NCBI GenBank assembly: GCA_030679995.1
Contig: JAUXSK010000015.1
Span: forward strand, 3,607-67,606
Source of the DNA: Candidatus Moraniibacteriota bacterium
GTDB lineage: Bacteria > Patescibacteriota > Minisyncoccia > Moranbacterales > UBA2206
Direction of reading: 5' to 3'
DNA length: 64,000 nucleotides
The translations under genes and the position numbers were made by a program. Positions within the stretch are counted from its first letter, which is position 1. Every line of letters starts with the position of its first letter. This document shows, in pieces, positions 50,400 to 58,639 of the stretch. Under the pieces are notes generated by a model. The model had not been told where the DNA came from. It worked only from the letters and a program-made list of their open reading frames with translations, and ran no database searches.

Positions 50400-50465
50400 T
50401 AATTGAAGATGCACCGAGAAAATCCTCGGGTGGGATTTTTTGTATTTTATGCTATAATCAACCTA

Positions 50466-51521
50466 ATGAATAAATATCTGACATTTGCGCTATTGTCGTT
50501 CGTGGCCGTATTCTTGTCTGGCTGTTCTTTGGCTCCGGCCAAACCGGTCGTCGAAGAAGCGCAACCTGTCGCCATAAAAAGCAGCAGCGTTCTGAAATCG
50601 GTTGACGGAGGGCGAAGCTGGGAATTCAAAGGCAAGGTCGGCGACGTAGTGAATTTGGACGCGGTGGATGTCATCAGTATGGCGTCCAATCCGTATGATG
50701 CCAGGACTATCCTGGTTGGGACGCTCAAGAATGGAATTTTGAAGACTGATGACGCTGGAGAGAATTGGAGTCTGCTTCCGTTTGAGGCTGAGAAAGCTTA
50801 CGGTTTGGCGATCGATCCGGCGGATAGCCGCATAATATACGCGAGCGGAGTCTGGCAGGATCGGGGCAAGATATTCAAAAGCATCGACGGGGGCAATGAA
50901 TGGAATGAAATCTATACCGCCCCTTCCAACGGACCTTTGGTCATCTCTTTGGTTTTGGACAAAAAAAATCCCAGCGTCCTATATGCCACTACGAGTGACA
51001 ACCAGGTGGTCAAGAGTGTGGACGCCGGAGTTTCTTGGAAGAACATTTACACATCCGGCAGTCCGGTTTTGAAAATCGCAATCGATAGTGCGAATAGCGA
51101 TTTATTGTATCTCAATTTGTTAAGCGGCAGCATCCTGCGGAGTCGGGACGGCGGTAATTCCATCGAAGGGATAGAAAATGATGCCGTCAATCATGGTATC
51201 GGGGTGATTGAAGTCGATCCGCTGAATGCCAATTGGGTTTATGCGGCCGGCCAGGCGGGGATATTCAGGAGCAAGGATGCCGGAGCCAGTTGGGAAACGG
51301 TCAAACCGCTGGGTGACGCGAACGCTTTTCCGGTGAAGGCGCTGGCTATCAATCCGGCCAACCCGAGAGAGATCGCATACGGGGCGGCACAAGCGACCTA
51401 CAAATCGCTGGACGGCGGAGTGAACTGGATCCCTTTTCAATTGCAAACTGCAAAAAATATAAGTGTTATGGAATATTCGACCGAGCCAGCTGTTTTATAT
51501 CTAGGCTTAAGGAAAAAATAG
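50466..51521 (+). CDS. BNR/Asp-box repeat beta-propeller lipoprotein (Ycf48/sialidase-like fold)
   Basis: lipobox LSGCS after the signal peptide; seven S-x-D-x-G-x-x-W repeats (SVDGGRSW, TDDAGENW, SIDGGNEW, SVDAGVSW, SRDGGNS, SKDAGASW, SLDGGVNW); the track ORF opens at 50403 but that overlaps the tRNA-like element, so the Met at 50466 is preferred. Confidence 0.65.
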   Translation: MNKYLTFALLSFVAVFLSGCSLAPAKPVVEEAQPVAIKSSSVLKSVDGGRSWEFKGKVGDVVNLDAVDVISMASNPYDARTILVGTLKNGILKTDDAGENWSLLPFEAEKAYGLAIDPADSRIIYASGVWQDRGKIFKSIDGGNEWNEIYTAPSNGPLVISLVLDKKNPSVLYATTSDNQVVKSVDAGVSWKNIYTSGSPVLKIAIDSANSDLLYLNLLSGSILRSRDGGNSIEGIENDAVNHGIGVIEVDPLNANWVYAAGQAGIFRSKDAGASWETVKPLGDANAFPVKALAINPANPREIAYGAAQATYKSLDGGVNWIPFQLQTAKNISVMEYSTEPAVLYLGLRKK

Positions 51522-51552
51522 CCAAATAATAATTTTTTATATAACTATCGAT

Positions 51553-52110
51553 ATGTACAAAGAAATAATCGAAAAGAAGAAACCGGAATTAGAAAAATCC
51601 ATCGAACATTTCAAGGAGGAACTTGGCCAATTGCGGACCGGCCGGGCTTCAGTGGCGATGGTAGATGGGTTGATGGTAGACTACTACGGTGCGAAATCAC
51701 CCTTGAAGCAGGTGGCCAGTATTTCGGTCCCGGAACCGAGGACGATCATGATCGCCCCTTGGGACAAAGGCAGTCTGGCGGGTATCGAAAAATCCATCCG
51801 CGAATCGCAATTGAACCTGAATCCGAACAATGATGGGCAGGTCATCAGAATCAATATCCCAGCCTTAACTGAAGAAAGGAGAAAGGATCTGGTGAAAGTC
51901 TTAAATCAAAAGGCGGAGGAAGCCCGGATTGCCATCCGCAAACAGCGGGAGGATGCCTGGGACGAGATTCAGAAGGCGGAGAAGGAAGGATTAATGGGAG
52001 AGGATGACAAGTTCGTCGGCAAGGAAAAATTGCAGGAACTGATCGATGAATATAATAAAAAAGTGGAAGAGATCAGGATTAAGAAAGAAGAAGAAATAAT
52101 GACGGTCTAA
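51553..52110 (+). CDS. frr: ribosome recycling factor
   Basis: 185 aa; full-length RRF similarity (...LRTGRASVAMVDGLMVDYYG...). Confidence 0.9.
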   Translation: MYKEIIEKKKPELEKSIEHFKEELGQLRTGRASVAMVDGLMVDYYGAKSPLKQVASISVPEPRTIMIAPWDKGSLAGIEKSIRESQLNLNPNNDGQVIRINIPALTEERRKDLVKVLNQKAEEARIAIRKQREDAWDEIQKAEKEGLMGEDDKFVGKEKLQELIDEYNKKVEEIRIKKEEEIMTV

Positions 52111-52126
52111 TAGGATTAAAAAATAA

Positions 52127-53251
52127 ATGATAACAATAATATTATTCATAGCCATCCTTGGTGTTCTGATTTTCGTACATGAGCTTGGCCATTTCGTGAC
52201 GGCTCGCCGGAACGGTGTCAAGGCGGATGAATTCGGTTTCGGCTTTCCTCCGCGGATGGCCGGTTTCGTGCGGGATGAGGCGACTGGCAAGTTTAAGTTC
52301 GTCTGGGGGAATAAAGATATCGAATCGAAGCACACGGTCTATTCGATCAATTGGATCCCACTGGGCGGTTTCGTGAAAATCAAAGGCGAGGATGGAAGCG
52401 GCGTGGCCGAACCGGACAGTTTCGCGGCTAAAAAAGCCTGGCCGAGAATCAAGATTTTGGCCGCCGGTGTGGTGATGAATTTGGTCTTCGCTTGGTTCGC
52501 TATCTCGCTCAGCTTAATGATCGGAGCGCCGGAAGCGATCGACTATAATGCCGGAACCGATGTGCCTGGATCGAAAATCCAAATCAGCCAGATTATGCCG
52601 GGTTCGCCGGCGGAAAGAGCCGGCTTGAAAATCGGCGACGAAATCGTCAGATCGTCCGATGGCCATGTCATATTCGGCAATATTTCTGATTTTCAAAATT
52701 TCAATAAAGACAATCGCAATAAGGAAGTGGCTTTTAATATCAAGCGGGGAGATGAAACCATTTTGATAAAGGCCGTACCTGAAGAAAAGGACGGGCAAGG
52801 AGTGATTGGAGTCAGTCTAGTGCAGACTGTCGTCGTGAAATATCCGGTGTATCAGGCCGTTTGGAAGGGGGCGATTGCGGTATATGATTTGACGATATTG
52901 ATTCTGGTATCGCTAGGTGTGATTTTGGCGGGTATTTTTACCGGACACGGGGTCGGAGCGGATGTTTCCGGTCCGATTGGAATCGCAATCCTGACCAAGC
53001 AAGTGGCGGCTTTGGGATTCGTCCATATCTTACAATTCGCGGCTATGCTTAGCATAAATCTGGCCATAATTAACGCCTTGCCGATTCCAGCTTTGGATGG
53101 CGGACGGATCCTGTTTATCCTAATCGAAAAGATCAAGGGTAGTCCGATCAGTCAAAAAGCGGAACAGTCGATGCATACGGTCGGCTTCATGTTGCTGATA
53201 CTTTTGATGATCGCGGTGACTTTGCGGGATGTGTTTAAGTTCATAAAATAA
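52127..53251 (+). CDS. rseP: RIP metalloprotease RseP (site-2 protease) with PDZ domain
   Basis: 374 aa; HELGHF zinc motif in TM1, central PDZ, C-terminal ...NALPIPALDGG... motif. Confidence 0.85.
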   Translation: MITIILFIAILGVLIFVHELGHFVTARRNGVKADEFGFGFPPRMAGFVRDEATGKFKFVWGNKDIESKHTVYSINWIPLGGFVKIKGEDGSGVAEPDSFAAKKAWPRIKILAAGVVMNLVFAWFAISLSLMIGAPEAIDYNAGTDVPGSKIQISQIMPGSPAERAGLKIGDEIVRSSDGHVIFGNISDFQNFNKDNRNKEVAFNIKRGDETILIKAVPEEKDGQGVIGVSLVQTVVVKYPVYQAVWKGAIAVYDLTILILVSLGVILAGIFTGHGVGADVSGPIGIAILTKQVAALGFVHILQFAAMLSINLAIINALPIPALDGGRILFILIEKIKGSPISQKAEQSMHTVGFMLLILLMIAVTLRDVFKFIK

Positions 53252-53265
53252 TATTTTGACAGGAG

Positions 53266-53294
53266 GCGGTCGGCTGGGGTCGGCCGCTTTTTTT
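53266..53294 (+). terminator. intrinsic terminator after rseP
   Basis: gcggtcggc / gtcggccgc 9-bp stem (two G-U), loop tggg, then T7. Confidence 0.6.
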
Positions 53295-53446
53295 GTTTTT
53301 GACAATGGACGCCCAGTGAAGTATGATAGACAGAGGCCTGTCGAAGCTGGAAGTGACAATCCAGCCCAACATCAGACCTGGAAAGAGGGAAAAATCAAAC
53401 TCAACTCAAAAAATTCTTAAATAAGAACGGATTTTGTTTTTACGTT

Positions 53447-54532
53447 ATGGGGAATAAATTTAAAAATATATTCAAGGATCTGACCGGAAAAATATTCGGC
53501 AACCTGTCCAAGGATATTGGCATCGATCTGGGCACGGCGAATACCTTGATATATGTCAAAGGCAAAGGGATAGTCATCAATGAACCGTCGGTGGTGGCGG
53601 TCAATAAGAAAACCGGCCAAGTCTTGGCGATTGGAAAAGAGGCTAAGAAAATGGTCGGGAAGACTCCCGGGCATATCGTGGCGACGCGTCCTTTAGTGGA
53701 TGGGGTCGTGAGTGATTTCGAGGTGACCGAACAGATGCTCAAATATTTCATCGATAAGGTCCATCGCGACAGTTTCACTTTGTTTCCGCGGCCAAGGGTG
53801 GTGATCGGCATACCATCGGATGTGACGGAAGTCGAGAAGCGCGCGGTAATTGACGCGGCTATGAATGCCGGTGCGCGCGAAGCCTATCTGATTGATGAAC
53901 CGATGGCGGCGGCTATCGGCGCCCGCTTGCCGGTGCAGGACGCGGCAGGCAATATGATCGTGGATATCGGGGGCGGGACGACGGACATAGCAGTCATTTC
54001 ATTGGGCGGAGTGGTGACTTCGCGGAACTTACGCATCGCCGGAGATGAAATGAATGAGGATATCATCCGCTATTGCCGGGATGAATTCAATCTTTTAATC
54101 GGGGAAAAAACCGCTGAAGACACTAAAATCGCTATCGGCAGCGCTTGTCCGCAAAAAGACAAAATGCAGATGCCGGTGCGCGGTCGCGACCTGGTGACGG
54201 GTTTGCCCAAAGAAATTATCATAGATGACACTCAGGTGCGTGAGGCTCTTTCCCGTTCGATCCGCATCGTTGTCAATAACATAAAATCGACGATCGAAGA
54301 AACCCCTCCGGAGTTGCTGGCCGATATTATGCAGCGCGGAATAATCTTAGCGGGTGGTGGAAGCTTGATCCGTGGCTTGGACCGCCTAGTGGCTGATCAG
54401 ACCGATATGCCTGTCCGTATGATGGAAGATCCGTTGACGGCGGTGGTGCGCGGCACAGGTATCGTCCTTGAAGACCTGGAGGCCCTGAAAGGCGTGCTGA
54501 TGGAAAACCAGCATGAAAGATCTCTTATATAG
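53447..54532 (+). CDS. mreB: rod shape-determining protein MreB
   Basis: 361 aa; actin-fold motifs GIDLGTANTLIY, ...DIGGGTTD... Confidence 0.9.
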   Translation: MGNKFKNIFKDLTGKIFGNLSKDIGIDLGTANTLIYVKGKGIVINEPSVVAVNKKTGQVLAIGKEAKKMVGKTPGHIVATRPLVDGVVSDFEVTEQMLKYFIDKVHRDSFTLFPRPRVVIGIPSDVTEVEKRAVIDAAMNAGAREAYLIDEPMAAAIGARLPVQDAAGNMIVDIGGGTTDIAVISLGGVVTSRNLRIAGDEMNEDIIRYCRDEFNLLIGEKTAEDTKIAIGSACPQKDKMQMPVRGRDLVTGLPKEIIIDDTQVREALSRSIRIVVNNIKSTIEETPPELLADIMQRGIILAGGGSLIRGLDRLVADQTDMPVRMMEDPLTAVVRGTGIVLEDLEALKGVLMENQHERSLI

Positions 54533-54539
54533 AAAATAT

Positions 54540-54660
54540 AAAATTACAAATTCCAAATAAATTACAATAGTTAAAATAAAAAATTCAAAACAGTTTTTTA
54601 TTTTGAAAATTGAGATTTATAATTTATTCAGTATTCGTGATTTTGAATTTGTGATTTAAA
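54540..54660. repeat. intergenic AT-rich element with terminal inverted repeats, copy C (between mreB and mreC)
   Basis: 5' aaaattacaaattccaaat vs reverse complement of 3' gattttgaatttgtgatttaaat (about 16/18 match); core aaaaattcaaaacagttttttattttg shared with copy B; ends 6 nt before the mreC ATG. Confidence 0.55.
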
Positions 54661-54666
54661 TTTTTT

Positions 54667-55476
54667 ATGCCAAAAAAATACCTATCTTCCAAATTAATAA
54701 AATTTATAATAGTATCAGCAATATGTTTCTTGCTGGTTTTTTGGAATCCGAAAAGGATATTTGATCCGGTCAGGATTCTTTTTTTAGAAATCGCCTATCC
54801 GTTCCAGAAATCTTTCTATATGCTCGGCCGGAGCGTGGATGAAATTTTTTCTTTTCTAGGTTCGATTGGAGAAATGAAGGGTGACAATGAGAGGTTGATA
54901 CGGGAGAATGATTCTTTGGTTTCCGAAGTGGTATCGCTACAGGAGGCCAAGAAAGAAAATGAGATACTGCGCGAGCAGTTGAAGTTGGCGCCGAGGGATA
55001 AGTTCGATTTGGAGCCGTGTTTCGTCATAGGTCAGGATCCGCAAGGTTTAGGCAGTTGGCTGATGATCGGCAAGGGCAGTTCGGACGGGATCCGGACCGG
55101 TATGCCGGTTATCGTTTCCAATGGGATCTTGGTCGGAAAGGTGGATGAGGTCGGACCTGACAGTTCGAAGGTCAGACTGCTGACCGATTCAGAAAGCGCG
55201 GTAAATGTGAACGATCTTGAAACCAGCGCCCGAGGATTGATCAAGGGGACATACGGACTGGGTCTGATTATGGATATGGTGGCGCAGGCGGACGCTTTGA
55301 ACGAAGGCGATACGGTCATAACTTCCGGTTTGGGCGGAGAAGTTCCGAAGGGTCTCCTGGTCGGTCGGATCCAAGAAATCAAAGCTTCGCCGGACAAGTT
55401 GTTCCAGCAGGCCATCGTGATGCCCAGGATAAGATACCAAAAACTGGATCTCGTTTTTGCCATAAAAAACCAATGA
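54667..55476 (+). CDS. mreC: rod shape-determining protein MreC
   Basis: 269 aa; N-terminal TM, coiled-coil, C-terminal beta domain with ...GMPVIVSNGILVGKV... / ...TVITSGLGGEVPKGLLVGRI... Confidence 0.8.
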   Translation: MPKKYLSSKLIKFIIVSAICFLLVFWNPKRIFDPVRILFLEIAYPFQKSFYMLGRSVDEIFSFLGSIGEMKGDNERLIRENDSLVSEVVSLQEAKKENEILREQLKLAPRDKFDLEPCFVIGQDPQGLGSWLMIGKGSSDGIRTGMPVIVSNGILVGKVDEVGPDSSKVRLLTDSESAVNVNDLETSARGLIKGTYGLGLIMDMVAQADALNEGDTVITSGLGGEVPKGLLVGRIQEIKASPDKLFQQAIVMPRIRYQKLDLVFAIKNQ

Positions 55477-56012
55477 TGCAAAATATCGCAATCAGCCTGA
55501 TTCTTTTTTTGTCGACTATCGTGCAGGTCTCATTCTTGCCGATTTTTTTTACGGATCAGTCGATTCCTGATTTCACGCTGATAATCATTATTATTTGGAT
55601 AGCGCGGGCTGATTTCAATTCGGTTTTGAAATGGGCGATCCTGGGTGGATTGATGGCGGACATTGCGTCTTTCCAGCCGATCGGCCTGAATGTGTTCGCG
55701 TTCGTCGCGGTGGCTTTCATTATAAATTCGCTTAGTAAGCGGTTCTTGGTGCCGCAGTTCGCTTGGAAATTTTTTATGTTCGTCATCTTGGTTATGGTCG
55801 GAACGATAGCTAATCAGGCGATTACCGGGTTTATTGCGGAAATAGGTGGCCGATCAAACGGATTATTCCGGCACATCCCGATGTTTTTCAGTCAGGATTT
55901 TTTTTTGAAATTGCTGTATAATTTAGGCATATTCGCGATTCTGTATTGGCCGCTCAAAAAACTGGACAAGATTTTCGCTTATCAAAATAACCGGGTAGTA
56001 ATAAAAAGATAA
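55473..56012 (+). CDS. mreD: rod shape-determining protein MreD (putative)
   Basis: 179 aa polytopic membrane protein in the mreC-downstream position; sequence alone is weak. Confidence 0.55.
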   Translation: MMQNIAISLILFLSTIVQVSFLPIFFTDQSIPDFTLIIIIIWIARADFNSVLKWAILGGLMADIASFQPIGLNVFAFVAVAFIINSLSKRFLVPQFAWKFFMFVILVMVGTIANQAITGFIAEIGGRSNGLFRHIPMFFSQDFFLKLLYNLGIFAILYWPLKKLDKIFAYQNNRVVIKR

Positions 56013-56014
56013 AT

Positions 56015-57898
56015 ATGCTCGATCAGTATTTCAAACGGCGGCGGATAGCCAGGGGGGTGGAGATTGAGGATTCCATAATGACCGTCACTGAAAAAGAGGC
56101 GGCGGTTATGGAAACGCCTTTCAAGCGGCAAGGACTCGATGTCCTGTGGTTCGTTATGATTTTTTTTATCGGTGCCTTGATGGCTAGGGTGGCGTATTTG
56201 GATATTATCAAGGGCGGATATTATGCCGATGTTTCCAAAGGTAATCGGATACGCTCGATCGTGATTAAAGCTCCACGCGGAAAAATATTTGATCGGGGCG
56301 GACAGGTTTTAGCTGGAAATATCCCGAGCATCGACGCGGTTATCGTGCCAAGTGATTTGCCGGATGATTTTGGGCGAAGAATCGGAATAGCCGGGCAAGT
56401 GGCGGAAATTTTGAAGTTGGAAAAGGGAAATGTGGAGGCTGCGATTGAGAGCCAGAATCGAAAAACATCCGATCCGATCCTGCTGGCGGAAAATATCACT
56501 CAGGAACAAGCCTTGCTTCTGTCGGAAAAAGCTAAAGATTTGTCGGGGATAACGGTAGATAATACCGCCATCCGGAATTATGAGGATAGCAATATATTTT
56601 CTACGATTATCGGCTATGACGGCAAGATAACCCGGGAAGAGATGAATCGTGATGCTAGCTACGTAATGACGGATTATATCGGAAAAACGGCTTTGGAAAA
56701 AAAATATGAAAAAGAATTGCGCGGAGTGCCCGGTGCTAAACAGGTCGAAGTCGATTCGATGGGGAATATGAAAAAGAATCTGGGCATCATCAATCCGCAA
56801 GCAGGGAATGACCTGGTCTTGAATATCGACGCGGGATTGCAAAAAAAATTATACGATAGTATGGCGAATATCCTGGAAACGACCGGTACACGGACCGCCG
56901 CCGCTGTAGCGATCGATCCGAGGAATGGCGGAATACTGGCTATGGTCAGTTTTCCAAATTATGACAATAATATGTTTGCGCGCGGAATTTCCAATGATGA
57001 ATACCAGGCCATCATTTCAGATAAAGACTTGCCTCTTCTGAATCGGGCTGTCGACGGCGAATATCCACCCGGATCGACTTTAAAAATGTCCGTTGCCGCT
57101 GCCGCCCTTTCGGAAGGCACTATCAGTCCGTCGACGATTATCGATGGGATGGGCGGCAGTATCCATATCGGCACTTTCCGGTTCGGCGATTGGAAGGCGC
57201 ACGCCGCAAGCGATGTTAGGACGGCTATCGCGGAAAGCAATGACATCTTTTTCTATTCCATCGGAGGCGGATATGGCAATATCGCCGGACTGGGTATGGG
57301 CCGGATGAAAAAATATTACAATCTTTTCGGTTTCGGCAGTCCGACCGGTATCGATTTGCCCGACGAGTCAAGCGGATTCATCCCGGACGAACAGTGGAAG
57401 CTGGATAAATTGAAGGAGAAATGGTATATCGGGAATTCATATCACGCTTCAATCGGCCAGGGCTACATAACGGCCACGCCTTTGCAATTGGCGAATTATA
57501 CAGCCTCTCTGGCTAATGGCGGGACACTGTATTCTCCCAAAATCGTCAGTCAAATTAAAAAAAGCGGCGGCCAATCAGAATATATCAATCCTGGAATAAT
57601 CAGGAAAGATTTTATCGATAAATCGGTTATGCAGGTTATCCGGGAGGGTATGCGCAAGACCGTGACGGATGGGACGGCCCAACCACTCAAGGATTTGTCC
57701 GTCGAGGTGGCGGGAAAAACCGGCACGGCGCAATTCGGTGGTGAGGGGAAAACCCATGGCTGGTTCGTTTCATTCGCTCCATATGAAAATCCGGAAATCG
57801 CCTTGGCTATCATAGCGGAAGGCGGCGGGGAAGGACATTCTTCCGGAGTGCCGGTTGCCAAGGAGGTTTACGATTATTATTTTAACCGCGGCAAGTAG
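56015..57898 (+). CDS. mrdA: penicillin-binding protein 2 (elongasome transpeptidase)
   Basis: 627 aa; N-terminal TM, dimerisation domain, transpeptidase SxxK (GSTLK), SxN and KTG(T) motifs (KTGTAQ). Confidence 0.85.
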   Translation: MLDQYFKRRRIARGVEIEDSIMTVTEKEAAVMETPFKRQGLDVLWFVMIFFIGALMARVAYLDIIKGGYYADVSKGNRIRSIVIKAPRGKIFDRGGQVLAGNIPSIDAVIVPSDLPDDFGRRIGIAGQVAEILKLEKGNVEAAIESQNRKTSDPILLAENITQEQALLLSEKAKDLSGITVDNTAIRNYEDSNIFSTIIGYDGKITREEMNRDASYVMTDYIGKTALEKKYEKELRGVPGAKQVEVDSMGNMKKNLGIINPQAGNDLVLNIDAGLQKKLYDSMANILETTGTRTAAAVAIDPRNGGILAMVSFPNYDNNMFARGISNDEYQAIISDKDLPLLNRAVDGEYPPGSTLKMSVAAAALSEGTISPSTIIDGMGGSIHIGTFRFGDWKAHAASDVRTAIAESNDIFFYSIGGGYGNIAGLGMGRMKKYYNLFGFGSPTGIDLPDESSGFIPDEQWKLDKLKEKWYIGNSYHASIGQGYITATPLQLANYTASLANGGTLYSPKIVSQIKKSGGQSEYINPGIIRKDFIDKSVMQVIREGMRKTVTDGTAQPLKDLSVEVAGKTGTAQFGGEGKTHGWFVSFAPYENPEIALAIIAEGGGEGHSSGVPVAKEVYDYYFNRGK

Positions 57899-57933
57899 GC
57901 GGATCGGCTGGATATGCTTAAAAAAGGCTTGGA

Positions 57934-57961
57934 TTGACAATAATTTTCCAGCTGTTATAAT
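57934..57961 (+). promoter_or_regulatory. sigma70-like promoter upstream of greA
   Basis: TTGACA (57934-39), 16-nt spacer, TATAAT (57956-61). Confidence 0.55.
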
Positions 57962-57979
57962 AGTCTTGATATTTTAAAT

Positions 57980-58000
57980 TACTGTCCCCCGAGGACAGTA
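57980..58000 (+). promoter_or_regulatory. perfect 8-bp inverted repeat in the greA leader (possible operator or RNA hairpin)
   Basis: tactgtcc-cccga-ggacagta, located between the -10 box and the greA ATG. Confidence 0.4.
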
Positions 58001-58043
58001 AATTTTATTAGGCAACATAGGATAATTTTTTAAAGACATTGAT

Positions 58044-58499
58044 ATGGTAAAATTTGTAACCGAAGAAGGTTTAAAAAAAATCAAAGAAGAATTGGAACAT
58101 AGGAAAACAACGGTGCGTCAGGAAATCGCTAACGCCATTAAGGAGGCTAAGGAACAAGGTGATTTGAGTGAGAATGCCGAATATAGCGAAGCTAAGAGGC
58201 AACAGGCGGAAAATGAGGCGCGCGTGGCCGAATTGGAATTTATGCTCAAGGCGGTGACTGTGGTGACCCGTGACCAGTCTACGGACTCCGTACAAATGGG
58301 ATCGAAAGTGATCGTCCACTTTAACGGATCGGATATGGAATTCCAAATTGTCGGTTCTAACGAGGCCAGTCCGGCGGAAATGAAGATTTCCAATGAGTCG
58401 CCGTTGGGCAAGGGGTTCATCGGCAAGAAAAAAGGCGATGAGGTTGAGATTGATACGCCGGGTGGCAAAGTGAAATACAGAATTCTGGATGTGAAATAA
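58044..58499 (+). CDS. greA: transcription elongation factor GreA
   Basis: 151 aa; N-terminal coiled-coil with acidic tip (DLSENAEY), C-terminal FKBP-like domain. Confidence 0.9.
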   Translation: MVKFVTEEGLKKIKEELEHRKTTVRQEIANAIKEAKEQGDLSENAEYSEAKRQQAENEARVAELEFMLKAVTVVTRDQSTDSVQMGSKVIVHFNGSDMEFQIVGSNEASPAEMKISNESPLGKGFIGKKKGDEVEIDTPGGKVKYRILDVK

Positions 58500-58531
58500 C
58501 CGGATTATTTTTTGAAATCGGAAACTGGGTC

Positions 58532-58559
58532 CCGGGCGATGTCCAGGCCCGGTTTTGTT
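58532..58559 (+). terminator. intrinsic terminator after greA
   Basis: ccgggc / gcccgg stem, loop gatgtccag, then ttttgttt. Confidence 0.55.
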
Positions 58560-58639
58560 TATAGCGTATTTGATTTTGTCGGTTTTTTACGGTAGAATTC
58601 AATCAATGATGGCGCTAAATACTAATTTGAAACACTACG

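Noticed and set aside
50403-50465. ORF-track start of the BNR lipoprotein at 50403 (MKMHRENPRVGFFVFYAIINL)
   Set aside because: This N-terminal extension overlaps the tRNA-like element and its hairpin/T-run. The Met at 50466 gives a canonical signal peptide plus lipobox (LSGCS).
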